Notes: generated by a model not told the origin, from the sequence alone. Counted from the first letter of the stretch, positions 1 through 9,404 are shown. The stretch: 64,000 bases of DNA from Rhabdothermincola salaria (GCF_021246445.1 NZ_JAJQXW010000002.1:1-64000); one strand, 5' to 3'. Numbers and translations are program-made.

Positions 1-297
1 CGACCCGTCGAACAGCAACTTGGCCAGGGTGGGCCACACCGCCAGGCGTCGAGCACGCGCCGCGAGGGCTTTGGCGTCGCCGTCGGTGAGCGCCACATGA
101 GCCTTCAACCAACCCACCGCCGAGCGGAACCCGTCGACGTCGTGACCACCGGTGGCGAAGAACCCGCACAGGGTCTCGAGCACGGTCACCTCGACCCGCT
201 CGCGCAGGCTGAACAGGTCGACCACGTCGGCCGACACCGGGGCCACGGTCAACTCGCCGACCGCTTCCTCCAGTTCCCCCGGCGTGGTGGTGACCAT
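1..297 (-). CDS. DUF222 / 13E12-repeat family protein (usually with C-terminal HNH), N-terminal part; runs off the window
   Basis: Manual translation from ATG 297: MVTTTPGELEEAVGEL...HDVDGFRSAVGWLKAHVALTDGDAKALAARARRLAVWPTLAKLLFDGS. The G-x-R-S-x3-WL pattern is typical of DUF222. TAGACT lies 7 nt upstream. Confidence 0.7.
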   Translation of the reverse strand, partial: MVTTTPGELEEAVGELTVAPVSADVVDLFSLRERVEVTVLETLCGFFATGGHDVDGFRSAVGWLKAHVALTDGDAKALAARARRLAVWPTLAKLLFDGS

Positions 298-310
298 GCA
301 GTGAAGTCTA

Positions 311-326
311 CAGGACAGGTGTTCGA
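311..326. promoter_or_regulatory. Possible LexA (SOS) box
   Basis: CAGGAC-AGGT-GTTCGA versus the actinobacterial consensus TCGAAC-N4-GTTCGA: one arm perfect, one degenerate. Adjacent to the -10 of the DUF222 gene. Confidence 0.45.
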
Positions 327-599
327 TGTCCACCCCGAAACGGCGGGATTCGTATGTATATTTCTGTTCGAGTCGACACCGGGCGATGCGGGGGCGCCGG
401 CTCACGTCTGCCCTGCCTGGAACCGGTCGCACCGAGGAGACCACCTGCCGCACTGACGGCCGAGGACGTCCTGTCCCGGACCACCGCCTCTCCCACAGAC
501 CTCTCCCCGGCACCGGGAACGCCGGCCCGACCACAGCGGCCGCACCGCGTGGCGTCGAGCGCCCGGATGCGTGGCGGGGGGTGGCGACGAGGCCGACGG

Positions 600-685
600 A
601 CCACGTTCACCGAGTCGGAGCAGGGGTCGCGGAGATCCACCGGGTAGAGCACGCACGGGTCGAGCACGACCGAGAACGGCGCTGC
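600..685 (-). pseudogene. Frameshifted N-terminal fragment of a PIN-domain toxin
   Basis: PFSVVLDPCVLYPVDLRD, then a 1-nt frameshift to LLRLGERG. Matches the hhhD(A)xVLYPxxLRDxLLRL start of PIN_3-type proteins. No start codon. Confidence 0.6.
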
Positions 686-688
686 GGA

Positions 689-814
689 TCACCGAGTGTG
701 CTCGGGTGTCGCAGCCAGCTCGTACCTGTCAGCCTCGTCTGCGATCACGACCAGGCGATCGAGCGATGCCCGTCGTTCGGTCGAGGCGCGAGCCCGATGG
801 GCCTCGTCGCTGGT
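689..814 (-). pseudogene. C-terminal fragment of an excisionase-like HTH antitoxin
   Basis: AHRARASTERRASLDRLVVIADEADRYELAATPEHTR* resembles the RRxALDxLxxxxxExxxY tail of HTH partners of PIN_3 toxins. Directly upstream of the PIN fragment. Confidence 0.5.
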
Positions 815-815
815 C

Positions 816-1601
816 TCAGCCAGCAGGGCCGCCGGACCCGGAGGCCGTGACCGCGGCTCGGATGCGGGCCTCGACGGCGGGGGCGATGACGGAATCGGGG
901 TCGCGGAGGCGACCGAGCTCGCCGTTCACCCCGACGAGTGCGGCGTAGAGGGGCGGGCAGGTCGGGCAGACGGCGAGGTGGGTGGCGACCAGCGTGGCGG
1001 TATCCGCGTCGAGGTCGCCGTCGAGGTAGTCGCTCACGTGCTGTCGGGCGTCCCAGCACGGCATGGGTACTCCTTCGAGGGCCAGGCGACGCTGGTGACC
1101 GGCGGCGAGCGCGCTGACGAGCGCCATCCGGCCTCGCCGCAGTCGCTGCTTGGCGGCCGGCAGCGAGACGCCGGTGATCTCCGCGATGTCGATGACGCGG
1201 AGTCCTTCCACGTCGTGCAGCAGAACAGCCGAGCGGTAGATGAACGGGACCCGAGCCAAGGCATCGAGGAGCTCGGCTCGGGTCGCCGCCCGTTCGACGA
1301 CGGCGGCCGCGTCGACGGTGTAGGAGTCGTCGCGCCAGTCCTGTTCCACGACCTCGACGAGGACCTCTCGGTCCGCCCGGCGGGCCCGATCGATGATCAG
1401 GTTGTGGGCGATGCGGATCAACCAGTGGGCCAACGGGGCGTCGCTTCGATACTGACCGCCGCGCTCGAGCGCCCGCACGACGGTGTCCTGGGCCACGTCC
1501 GCGGCGAGGTCGGGGTCTCGCGTGACACCCAAGGCATAGCGGTAGATCGTGTCGAGATGCTCGGTCAGGTCGTCGGCGTCGAGCCCCATCGGACCATTCA
1601 A
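816..1601 (-). CDS. ECF sigma-70 factor with fused C-terminal zf-HC2 (ZAS) domain
   Basis: Region 2 (AADVAQDT...WLIRIAHN), region 4 (LLHDVEGL...EIT...AKQRLRRGR), then CWDARQHVSDYLDG...HLAVCPTC. Alternative ATG at 1589. Confidence 0.9.
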   Translation of the reverse strand: MNGPMGLDADDLTEHLDTIYRYALGVTRDPDLAADVAQDTVVRALERGGQYRSDAPLAHWLIRIAHNLIIDRARRADREVLVEVVEQDWRDDSYTVDAAAVVERAATRAELLDALARVPFIYRSAVLLHDVEGLRVIDIAEITGVSLPAAKQRLRRGRMALVSALAAGHQRRLALEGVPMPCWDARQHVSDYLDGDLDADTATLVATHLAVCPTCPPLYAALVGVNGELGRLRDPDSVIAPAVEARIRAAVTASGSGGPAG

Positions 1602-1674
1602 CGCCGCGTCAGCCCGTTCCGTGCCTGCGCGACGGCCTGGTCCCGGACCCCGCGGAGCTCATCGCGGCCGGCAT

Positions 1675-1890
1675 TCAGCGGGCGTCGGCGCGGCGATCGC
1701 CCTTGTTGGTGCGGATGCCGAACACCGAGTACAGCGGGCACCAGCCGATCAGCCCGGTGAGCAACGGCACGAGGGCCACGACACCCACCACGATGCCGAC
1801 CGTGCCGTCGAGCACGCCGAACCCGACGACGAGAAGCACCACACCGACCACGATCCGGGCCACACGGTCCCAACCAGCTTCGTTCACCAT
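1675..1890 (-). CDS. DUF2892 / YgaP-like small membrane protein
   Basis: NEAGWDRVAR, two hydrophobic helices, GWCPLYSVFGIRT motif. GGAGGAG SD upstream. Confidence 0.85.
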   Translation of the reverse strand: MVNEAGWDRVARIVVGVVLLVVGFGVLDGTVGIVVGVVALVPLLTGLIGWCPLYSVFGIRTNKGDRRADAR

Positions 1891-1936
1891 GACGTTCACT
1901 CCTCCACGAGGGGGCTGTCTCTCAGACCCTCACCGA

Positions 1937-1966
1937 GAAGACGAACGAAGGTGCCGCAGGGATACC
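1937..1966 (-). promoter_or_regulatory. Possible ECF-type promoter for the DUF2892-sigma operon
   Basis: Minus strand reads GGTATCC-16 nt-CGTCTTC; CGTC is a common ECF -10 core. Confidence 0.35.
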
Positions 1967-2016
1967 GGATTCCTGAGATCCGAACCGGGGAACCGTCTGA
2001 CGGGCCGGCCCGTGGC

Positions 2017-2913
2017 TCACTGCACCGGCCGGGGGCGGGCGGCGTTGATCTCGGGATCGTCCTCGCACCACTGCACCAGCAACGGCGAGTTGGTCCACTT
2101 GACCGGCGTCCGGTACCAGCCGCCGGCGCGGAGGGTGCCGCCGTCGGCGGCGATCGTCTCGCCCACCACCCACGAGCACAGGTCGCTGGCGAGGAACAGC
2201 ACCACGTTGGCCACGTCGGCTCCCTCGCCGTAGCGGCCGGCCGGGACCCAGACCGGGACGTGCGGGTCGTACTCCTCGCCGAGGTCGTAGAAGCCGACCT
2301 GATGGGCCCTGGTCTTGTCGACGGCGATGGCGTTCACCCGCACCCCGGCACCGGCCACCTCGACGGCCAGGCTCTTGGTGAAGCCGTCGACGGCGGCCTT
2401 GAACGCCGTGTAGGGCGCAGCGTGGGGCATGGCCCGCAGCCCCTCGACGGACGAGAAGTTCACGATGCGACCCCACCCCCGTTCCTTCATCTCGGCGATG
2501 ACGGCCCGACTGGCCCGCATGACCGGCAGCAGGTTGACCCGGTAGAGGGCGTCCCAGCCCGCTTCGTCGGACTCCTCGAACGGGCCCGACAGCCGCAGGT
2601 GCTCGCCCACGGCGTTGACGAGCACCTCGATGGGACCGAGCTCGGCTCGCACCCGCTCGACCGCGTCCTCCACTGCGCCGGCCTCGGTGAGGTCGGCCAC
2701 GATGCCGAGACCGCGGCCGCCCTGGCGCTCGATCCCCTCCACGGCCTCGTCGACCCGCTCGGCCACCACGTCCACCACGGCGACGTCCGCTCCGTGGGCG
2801 GCCAACACCTGGGCGCTGGCCGCCCCGATGGCGCCGCCGCCGCCGGTCACCAGTGCCACCCGCCCCTGCAGGAGCGGGCCCACGCCCGCTCCCGCGCTCG
2901 TCGTCTCGGTCAC
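2017..2913 (-). CDS. SDR family oxidoreductase
   Basis: TGGGGAIG, NFSS, YTAFK motifs. Confidence 0.9.
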   Translation of the reverse strand: MTETTSAGAGVGPLLQGRVALVTGGGGAIGAASAQVLAAHGADVAVVDVVAERVDEAVEGIERQGGRGLGIVADLTEAGAVEDAVERVRAELGPIEVLVNAVGEHLRLSGPFEESDEAGWDALYRVNLLPVMRASRAVIAEMKERGWGRIVNFSSVEGLRAMPHAAPYTAFKAAVDGFTKSLAVEVAGAGVRVNAIAVDKTRAHQVGFYDLGEEYDPHVPVWVPAGRYGEGADVANVVLFLASDLCSWVVGETIAADGGTLRAGGWYRTPVKWTNSPLLVQWCEDDPEINAARPRPVQ

Positions 2914-3083
2914 GTCCTCGTCCCCCTCTCGCCGCGCCGGCGGGCGGCTGACGACGACCGTACCGATCCCGCCGAGGTCGAGGTGCCGGAGCCGCCCGAC
3001 GGCCCGCCGGTCGACGGCCCCGGCCGCCGTGGCGGGCGTGGACCGAGTAGACGCCCCCCGAGACGGTCGGTGAGAATCAACGG

Positions 3084-3905
3084 GTGACCTACGAGACCGT
3101 GCTCTACAGCAAGGACGACACCGGCATCGCCCGCGTGACGCTCAACCGCCCCGAGGTGCGCAACGCCATCAGCGAGACGATGCAGCGTGAGCTCCGCGAC
3201 ATCTGGGACGACGTCCGCCAGGACAACGATGTGCGCTGCGTCATCCTCTCCGGCGCAGGCCACTCGTTCTGCACCGGCATCGACCGGGGCGAGGCCATCT
3301 CCGAGGACAACACCGACGCCATGGCGCGCGGCGACTTCCCCGGCTATCCCACCCCGTGGGTGTTCGACGACCCGGGCCGCGACATCGGCCCCAAGTCCCG
3401 CGACTGCTGGAAGCCGGTCATCGCCGCCGTCAGCGGCATGGCCTGCGGCGGCGCCTTCTACCTCCTCGGTGAGGTGGAGTTCATCATCGCCTCCGACGAC
3501 GCCACCTTCTTCGACCCCCACGTCACCTACGGCATGACCGCGTCCTTCGAGCCCATCCAGATGCTGGCCAAGATGCCGTTCCAGGAGATCATGCGGCTCT
3601 CGCTGCTCGGGGCCGACGAGCGCATGTCGGCCGAGCGGGCCCGAGAGATCGGCCTCGTCACCGAGGTGGCGCCCCGCGACGAGCTGATGGAGCGCGCCGA
3701 GTGGGCGGCCGGCGTCATCGCCGGGGCGCCCGCCCTGGCCATCCAGGGCACCATGCGGGCGCTGTGGGCCGGGCTCGAGCTGTCGCGCCAACAGGCCATC
3801 GAGATCGCCCACTACTTCACCCGCATCGGTGGCGACGCCGACGCGCTGAAGGAGGGACAGGCCCGCTTCGCGTCGGGCAAGCGCCCGGAGTGGCGCCTGC
3901 GCTGA
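3084..3905 (+). CDS. Enoyl-CoA hydratase/isomerase (crotonase) family, DPH type
   Basis: VTLNRPEVRNA, FCTGID, KPVIAAVSG, FFDPHV. Confidence 0.9.
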   Translation: MTYETVLYSKDDTGIARVTLNRPEVRNAISETMQRELRDIWDDVRQDNDVRCVILSGAGHSFCTGIDRGEAISEDNTDAMARGDFPGYPTPWVFDDPGRDIGPKSRDCWKPVIAAVSGMACGGAFYLLGEVEFIIASDDATFFDPHVTYGMTASFEPIQMLAKMPFQEIMRLSLLGADERMSAERAREIGLVTEVAPRDELMERAEWAAGVIAGAPALAIQGTMRALWAGLELSRQQAIEIAHYFTRIGGDADALKEGQARFASGKRPEWRLR

Positions 3906-3927
3906 CGCGGGCCCGCGGGTCGGCGCC

Positions 3928-5859
3928 CTACGACGCCGCGTGCGGCGGTGGGGGCGACAGCACCCCCGTCTGGCGCAGGTGCTCGATGACGAGATCGGCG
4001 GCTTCCTCCGGGGAGATCGTCCCGCTGGCGTCGAGGTGGACCTCGGGGCTCTCGGGTGCCTCGTAGGGCGAGTCGATGCCGGTGAAGTTGCTCAGCTCAC
4101 CCCGGCGGGCCTTGGCGTAGAGACCCTTGCGGTCGCGCGACTCGGCAGCCTCGAGCCCGGAGTCGACGAACACCTCGACGAACTCGCCCTCGTCGAGCAG
4201 GTCGCGGGCCATCTGGCGTTCGGCCCGGAACGGCGAGATGAACGACGCCAGCACGATGAGGCCGGCGTCGACCATGAGGTGGGCGACCTCGGCCACCCGG
4301 CGGATGTTCTCGACCCGATCGGCGTCGGTGAAGCCGAGATCGCGGTTGAGGCCGTGGCGCACGTTGTCGCCGTCGAGCAGGTAGGTGTGCCGGCCCAGCT
4401 CGTGGAGCTTCTGTTCGACGATGTCGGCGATGGTCGACTTGCCGGCGCCGGACAGGCCGGTGAACCACACCAGCGCCGGGCGCTGGCCGTTGAGCGCGGC
4501 CCGGGCCGTCTTGTCGACCTCGACCGCCTGCCAGTGCACGTTGTCGGCCCGTCGCAGGGCGAAGTGGAGCAGGCCGGCGGCCACCGTGGCGTTGGTGAAC
4601 CGGTCGATGAGGATGAAGCCGCCCATGTCCCGGTTCTCGGCGTAGGCGTCGAACGGGATGGGCTGGTCGAGGCTGAGGTTGCACACCCCGATCTCGTTGA
4701 GCTCGAGGGTCTTGGTGGCGGTGTGCTCGAGGGTGTTGACGTTGACCTTGTACTTGGGTTGGGCGACCGTCGCGGTGACGGTGCGGGCCCCCAGCTTGAG
4801 CAGGTAGGGACGCCCGGGGAGCATGGCGTCCTCGTTCATCCACACCAGGTGGCACTCGAACTGGTCAGCCACCCCGGGCGGGCTGGTGGCCGCGGCGATG
4901 ACGTCGCCCCGGGAGATGTCGATCTCGTCGGCGAGGCACAGGGTGACCGACTGGCCGGCGACGGCTTCGTCGAGGTCGCCGTCGGCCGTGACGATGCGGC
5001 TGACGGTGGACTCGCGACCTGACGGGACGATGCGCACGGGGTCGCCGGGGCGCACGGTCCCCCCGACGATCTCGCCCGAGAAGCCCCGGAAGTCGAGGTT
5101 CGGACGGTTCACCCATTGCACCGGCAGGCGCAGCGGGAGCTGCTCGACCTCGCGGTCGATCTCGATCGCCTCGAGGTGCCCGATGAGGGTGGGGCCCTCG
5201 TACCACGGGGTGTTCGACGAGGGCTCGGTGATGTTGTCGCCGCGCAGCGCGGAGATCGGCACGCACACGATGTCGTGGAGGCCGACCTCGGCGGCGAACG
5301 CCCGGTAGTCGGCGTCGATGGTGTCGAACACCTCCTGGGAGTAGTCGACGAGATCGAGCTTGTTGATGGCCACCACCACGTGACGGATGCCGAGCAACGA
5401 CACCAGGAAGGAATGGCGCCGGGTCTGGGTGAGCACGCCCTTGCGGGCGTCGATCAGGATGACCGCCAGATCGGCGGTGGAGGCGCCGGTGACCATGTTG
5501 CGGGTGTACTGCTCGTGGCCGGGCGTGTCGGCCACGATGAACTTGCGCAGCTCGGTGGAGAAGAACCGGTACGCGACGTCGATGGTGATGCCCTGCTCGC
5601 GCTCGGCCGCCAGACCGTCGACGAGCAGGGCGAAGTCGAGCTCGCCCCCCTGGGTGCCGACCTTCTTGGAGTCGGACTCCAGAGCCGTGAGGTGGTCCTC
5701 GAAGACCAGGTGCGAGTCGTACAACAGGCGCCCGATGAGCGTGGACTTGCCGTCGTCGACGCTGCCACACGTGATGAAGCGCAACATCGACTTGTGCTCG
5801 TGGACCCGCAGGTACTCGTCGATGTCCTCGGCCAGCATCTCGTTCGAAATGTGAGCCAT
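3928..5859 (-). CDS. cysNC: Bifunctional sulfate adenylyltransferase subunit 1 / APS kinase
   Basis: [30 protein letters not shown], then [12 protein letters not shown] and LDGDNVR. ATG 5859 overlaps the cysD stop (TGATG). Confidence 0.97.
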   Translation of the reverse strand: MAHISNEMLAEDIDEYLRVHEHKSMLRFITCGSVDDGKSTLIGRLLYDSHLVFEDHLTALESDSKKVGTQGGELDFALLVDGLAAEREQGITIDVAYRFFSTELRKFIVADTPGHEQYTRNMVTGASTADLAVILIDARKGVLTQTRRHSFLVSLLGIRHVVVAINKLDLVDYSQEVFDTIDADYRAFAAEVGLHDIVCVPISALRGDNITEPSSNTPWYEGPTLIGHLEAIEIDREVEQLPLRLPVQWVNRPNLDFRGFSGEIVGGTVRPGDPVRIVPSGRESTVSRIVTADGDLDEAVAGQSVTLCLADEIDISRGDVIAAATSPPGVADQFECHLVWMNEDAMLPGRPYLLKLGARTVTATVAQPKYKVNVNTLEHTATKTLELNEIGVCNLSLDQPIPFDAYAENRDMGGFILIDRFTNATVAAGLLHFALRRADNVHWQAVEVDKTARAALNGQRPALVWFTGLSGAGKSTIADIVEQKLHELGRHTYLLDGDNVRHGLNRDLGFTDADRVENIRRVAEVAHLMVDAGLIVLASFISPFRAERQMARDLLDEGEFVEVFVDSGLEAAESRDRKGLYAKARRGELSNFTGIDSPYEAPESPEVHLDASGTISPEEAADLVIEHLRQTGVLSPPPPHAAS

Positions 5860-6773
5860 CAGAAGTAGCCCTCCTGCTTCTTCTTCTCCATCGACGCCGA
5901 CGAGTCGTGGTCGATGACCCGCCCCTGGCGCTCGGAGCTCGTCGTCAACAACATCTCCTGGATGATCTCGGTCAGGGTGGCCGCCTCGGACTCGATGGCG
6001 CCGGTGAGCGGGTAGCACCCGAGCGTGCGGAACCGCACCGAGCGATGGGTGATCTCGGCCGGGTCGACGGGCATGCGGTCGTCGTCGACCATGATCAGCG
6101 TGCCGCTCCGCTCGACGACCGGCCGCGGCGCCGAGAAGTACAGCGGCACGATGGGGATCTGCTCGAGGTGGATGTACTGCCACACGTCGAGCTCGGTCCA
6201 GTTCGACAACGGGAAGACCCGGACGCTCTCGCCGGGCTGCTTGCGGGCGTTGTAGAGGCGCCAGAGCTCGGGGCGCTGCGCCTTGGGATCCCAGCGGTGC
6301 TGCGCCGAGCGGATCGAGAAGACGCGCTCCTTGGCCCTCGACTTCTCCTCGTCGCGCCGCGCCCCGCCGAAGGCGAGGTCGAAGCCGTGCCGTTCGAGTG
6401 CCTGCTTGAGGCCCTCGGTCTTCCACATGTCGGTGTGGGTGGCCGACCCGTGGTCGAACGGGTTGATGCCCTTCTCCACGCACTCGGGGTTCTGGTGGAC
6501 CAGGAGCTCCATGCCGGCCTCCGCGGCGGCACGATCACGGAACTCGTACATCTCCGAGAACTTCCAGGTCGTGTCGATGTGCATCAGCGGAAAGGGCGGC
6601 GCCGACGGGAAGAACGCCTTGCGGGCCAGGTGCAACATGACCGAGCTGTCCTTGCCGACCGAGTAGAGCATCACCGGCCGTTCGCTCTCGGAGACGGCCT
6701 CGCGGAGGATCTGGATGCTCTCGGCCTCCAGACGCTGGAGGTGGGTGAGGTGGGCCACGACGATTTTCCCCAT
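5859..6773 (-). CDS. cysD: Sulfate adenylyltransferase subunit 2
   Basis: YSVGKDS PP-loop, [32 protein letters not shown] end. Confidence 0.97.
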   Translation of the reverse strand: MGKIVVAHLTHLQRLEAESIQILREAVSESERPVMLYSVGKDSSVMLHLARKAFFPSAPPFPLMHIDTTWKFSEMYEFRDRAAAEAGMELLVHQNPECVEKGINPFDHGSATHTDMWKTEGLKQALERHGFDLAFGGARRDEEKSRAKERVFSIRSAQHRWDPKAQRPELWRLYNARKQPGESVRVFPLSNWTELDVWQYIHLEQIPIVPLYFSAPRPVVERSGTLIMVDDDRMPVDPAEITHRSVRFRTLGCYPLTGAIESEAATLTEIIQEMLLTTSSERQGRVIDHDSSASMEKKKQEGYF

Positions 6774-6894
6774 TCTGAGGTGACCTTGCTGAGAAAGGCA
6801 CGATAGCGGAACGAGCGACGGTGTTCTCGGCCGACGGCGCGTCGACGGGCCGGGACCCGCGGGTGGCCCCTGCCGGTGGTGTCAGACTGGCCCC

Positions 6895-7380
6895 ATGCGG
6901 ATCCCCGCGAAGGTCGACTACGCGATCCGTGCCCTCGCCGAGCTCGCCATCGCGGGCGAAGGTCCAGTGAAGGCCGAGCAGCTCGCCGACGCCCAGGACA
7001 TCCCGATCAACTTCCTGCGCGACATCATGCGCGAGCTGCGGAGGGTGCGGATCGTGCGCAGCCACCGAGGCCCCGAGGGCGGCTTCGTCCTGGGTCGCCC
7101 GGCTGCGGAGATCTCGTTGGCTGACATCTTCCGCGCCGTGGACGGCCCTCTGGCCGAGGTGCGCGACCAGAGCCTGAGCGCCATGTCCTACCAGGGCCCG
7201 GCCACCGAGCTGCCCGTGGTGTGGATGGCGGTGCGGGCCAGCCTGCGCCGCGTGCTCGAGACCACCACCGTCGCCGACTTGGCCAACGGCTCCCTGCCGA
7301 CGACGGTCGCCGACCTGGCCGAGGAGTACCGCTCCACCACCGAGGCCCGTTGGGCGGGTGGCGAGCAGTTCGCCGACTGA
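6895..7380 (+). CDS. Rrf2 family transcriptional regulator (Cys-free, CymR-like)
   Basis: DYAIRALAEL, SHRGPEGGFVLGRP, ISLADIFRAVDG. Divergent from cysD. Confidence 0.92.
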   Translation: MRIPAKVDYAIRALAELAIAGEGPVKAEQLADAQDIPINFLRDIMRELRRVRIVRSHRGPEGGFVLGRPAAEISLADIFRAVDGPLAEVRDQSLSAMSYQGPATELPVVWMAVRASLRRVLETTTVADLANGSLPTTVADLAEEYRSTTEARWAGGEQFAD

Positions 7381-7410
7381 CGACTCGTCGCCAACAGGCG
7401 TTCGGGCGAT

Positions 7411-7448
7411 GTTCAACAAGGCTTCGCGTGATGTTTCGGCCACGTTAC
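7411..7448 (-). promoter_or_regulatory. GlnR-box-like site upstream of ehuB
   Basis: Minus strand GTAAC-gtggcc-GAAAC (7448-7433), plus TGAAC 22 nt further on. Consensus is gTnAc-n6-GaAAc. Confidence 0.55.
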
Positions 7449-7542
7449 GATTCGTGTCGATCCTGCGCCGCCCTACGGGGTGCTGGTAGTCAGTAGCCAC
7501 CGCTGCTGGGTCTCGTCGCCCTGCGCGTCACTGTCTGTGCTG

Positions 7543-7556
7543 CGGCAACGTTGCCG
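7543..7556. promoter_or_regulatory. Perfect 14-bp palindrome, LacI-type operator-like
   Basis: CGGCAACGTTGCCG, about 66 nt upstream of the ehuB ATG. Confidence 0.4.
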
Positions 7557-7622
7557 TATGGGTGGGGCCGTAGGGGAGGACACCTGGCCGGTGTCACGAC
7601 TCCCGACGGAAGGAACCCGGCT

Positions 7623-8573
7623 ATGCCCGCATCACGATCCCGACGTACAGGATCACGCTTCTGGCCTCTCGTCGCCCTCTTCGCGGTGATGGCCCTCCTG
7701 TTGGCCGCGTGCGGCAGCGACGACGGCGACGACGAGGCCGGCGGTGGTGGCGGAGGCAGCGACGACTGCACCGCGTCCGACGAGGTCATGGGCGAAGAGG
7801 GCGGGCTGCTGGCCGGCCTCCAGGACGCCGGCTCGGTCGAGGTCGGCATCGCCAACGAGGTGCCCTACGGCTACGAGGACGAGTCCGGCAACGTCACCGG
7901 TGAGGCGCCCGAGGTGGCCCGTGCCGTGCTGTGCGAGCTGGGCATCGGGTCCATCAGCGCCGAGGTCGTCGACTTCGGCAACCTCATCCCCGGCCTGCAG
8001 GCGGGCCAGTTCGACATGATCGCCGCCGGCATGTTCATCAACGCCGAACGCGCCGAGCAGATCCTGTTCTCCGATCCGGACTACTGCGTGTCGGAGTCCC
8101 TGCTGGTACCCGAGGGCAACCCCGACAACCTGAGCGACTACCAGTCGATCATCGACTCGGGGGTCACCGTGGCCGTGCTCCAGGGCGCGGTCGAGGAGGG
8201 CTACCTCGAGACTGCGGGCGTGCCCGACAGCCAGATCGAGCTCTTCGGTGACGTCAACCAGCAGTACGACGCCCTGGCCGCCGATCGCGTGGACGCGGTC
8301 ACCGGTACCTACCTCACCGTGCAGACCCAGGCCGACGCCATGGACGGCTTCGAGGCCGTCGATGGCTTCTTCCCGCTCGACGAGAACGGTGAGGAGATCC
8401 TCGGCTGCGGCGGCTTCGGCTTCGCCGACGAAGAGTTCCGTGATGCGTTCAACCTGAAGCTCGACGAGCTCCAGGAGGACGGCACCGTCATGGAGATCGT
8501 CACCGGCTTCGGCTTCGCCGAGGCCGACGTCGAGGCCGCGGCCGACCTGACCGTGTCGGACCTCACCAGCTGA
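7623..8573 (+). CDS. ehuB: Ectoine/hydroxyectoine ABC transporter substrate-binding lipoprotein
   Basis: LLAAC lipobox; IANEVPYGY, TGEAPEVARAVL, LIPGLQAGQFDMIAAGMFI. SD before ATG 7623. Confidence 0.85.
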   Translation: MPASRSRRTGSRFWPLVALFAVMALLLAACGSDDGDDEAGGGGGGSDDCTASDEVMGEEGGLLAGLQDAGSVEVGIANEVPYGYEDESGNVTGEAPEVARAVLCELGIGSISAEVVDFGNLIPGLQAGQFDMIAAGMFINAERAEQILFSDPDYCVSESLLVPEGNPDNLSDYQSIIDSGVTVAVLQGAVEEGYLETAGVPDSQIELFGDVNQQYDALAADRVDAVTGTYLTVQTQADAMDGFEAVDGFFPLDENGEEILGCGGFGFADEEFRDAFNLKLDELQEDGTVMEIVTGFGFAEADVEAAADLTVSDLTS

Positions 8574-8618
8574 ACCCACTGACGCAGGGTGGCCTGGCCC
8601 ACGGGCCTCGCCCCCCTC

Positions 8619-8650
8619 TCGTCCCCGGCCGGTCCGCCGGCCGGGGACGA
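8619..8650 (+). terminator. 14-bp stem-loop after ehuB (mRNA stabiliser or partial terminator)
   Basis: TCGTCCCCGGCCGG-tccg-CCGGCCGGGGACGA. Confidence 0.6.
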
Positions 8651-8669
8651 GCGCCGTCGGCTCCTCATC

Positions 8670-9404
8670 ATGGACGTCGCCCTTCCCAGCTTCTACTACG
8701 AGCGCCTCTTCGAGGGCATGCTCGTCACCCTGCAGGTCCTGCTCTACGCCTTCCTCATCGGCGTGGCCCTCTCGATCATCCTCGGTGTCGCCCGCCTGTC
8801 CTCGAGCAAGACGGCCCGCACCCTGTCGCTGATCTGGATCGAGTTCACCCGCGGCATCTCGTCGATCGTGCTGCTGTTCTGGATGGCCTACGCCCTCCCG
8901 ATCCTGTTGGGAATCCGCCAGCCCAGCCTGCTGCTCATGGGCTCGATCGCGCTCGGCCTCAACATGGGCGGGTACGGCGGTGAGATCGTCCGCGGCGCCA
9001 TCCAGTCCGTGCCGAAGGGGCAGACGGAGGCGAGCATCGCCCTCAACCTCTCGGAGTTCCAGCGCCTCCGCTACGTGGTCCTGCCCCAGTCGCTGCGGGT
9101 CATCCTCCCGCCCATGGGCAACCTCACCATCGAGATCCTCAAGGGCACCGCTCTGGTGTCGCTCATCAGCCTGTCGGACCTGGCCTTCGAGGGCACCAAG
9201 CTGCGCACGAGCGGCCGCCTCAACCCCGACGCCCCGTCGGCCGCCATGTTGTTCCTCAACATCCTGCTCATCTACTTCGTCCTGTCCCAGATCATCAGCG
9301 GCCTGTACCGCCTGGCCGAGTGGCGTGTGAACCGGCGCTTCGAGGGAGCGCGTACGGAGGTCGAGCTGCCGGACGCCACCACGACGACCGCGGGGGCGGG
9401 CTGA
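8670..9404 (+). CDS. ehuC: Amino acid ABC permease, EhuC-like
   Basis: EIVRGAIQSVPKGQTEAS EAA loop; multiple TM segments; operon position. Confidence 0.8.
   Translation: MDVALPSFYYERLFEGMLVTLQVLLYAFLIGVALSIILGVARLSSSKTARTLSLIWIEFTRGISSIVLLFWMAYALPILLGIRQPSLLLMGSIALGLNMGGYGGEIVRGAIQSVPKGQTEASIALNLSEFQRLRYVVLPQSLRVILPPMGNLTIEILKGTALVSLISLSDLAFEGTKLRTSGRLNPDAPSAAMLFLNILLIYFVLSQIISGLYRLAEWRVNRRFEGARTEVELPDATTTTAGAG

Noticed and set aside
430..485. RRPPAALTAEDVLSR resembling a PIN C-terminal segment
   Set aside because: On the opposite strand to the PIN fragment and too short to support.
5860..6483. Apparent 851-aa CysNC or CysD-CysN fusion
   Set aside because: The extension is an alternate frame over cysD; the genes are separate with a TGATG overlap.
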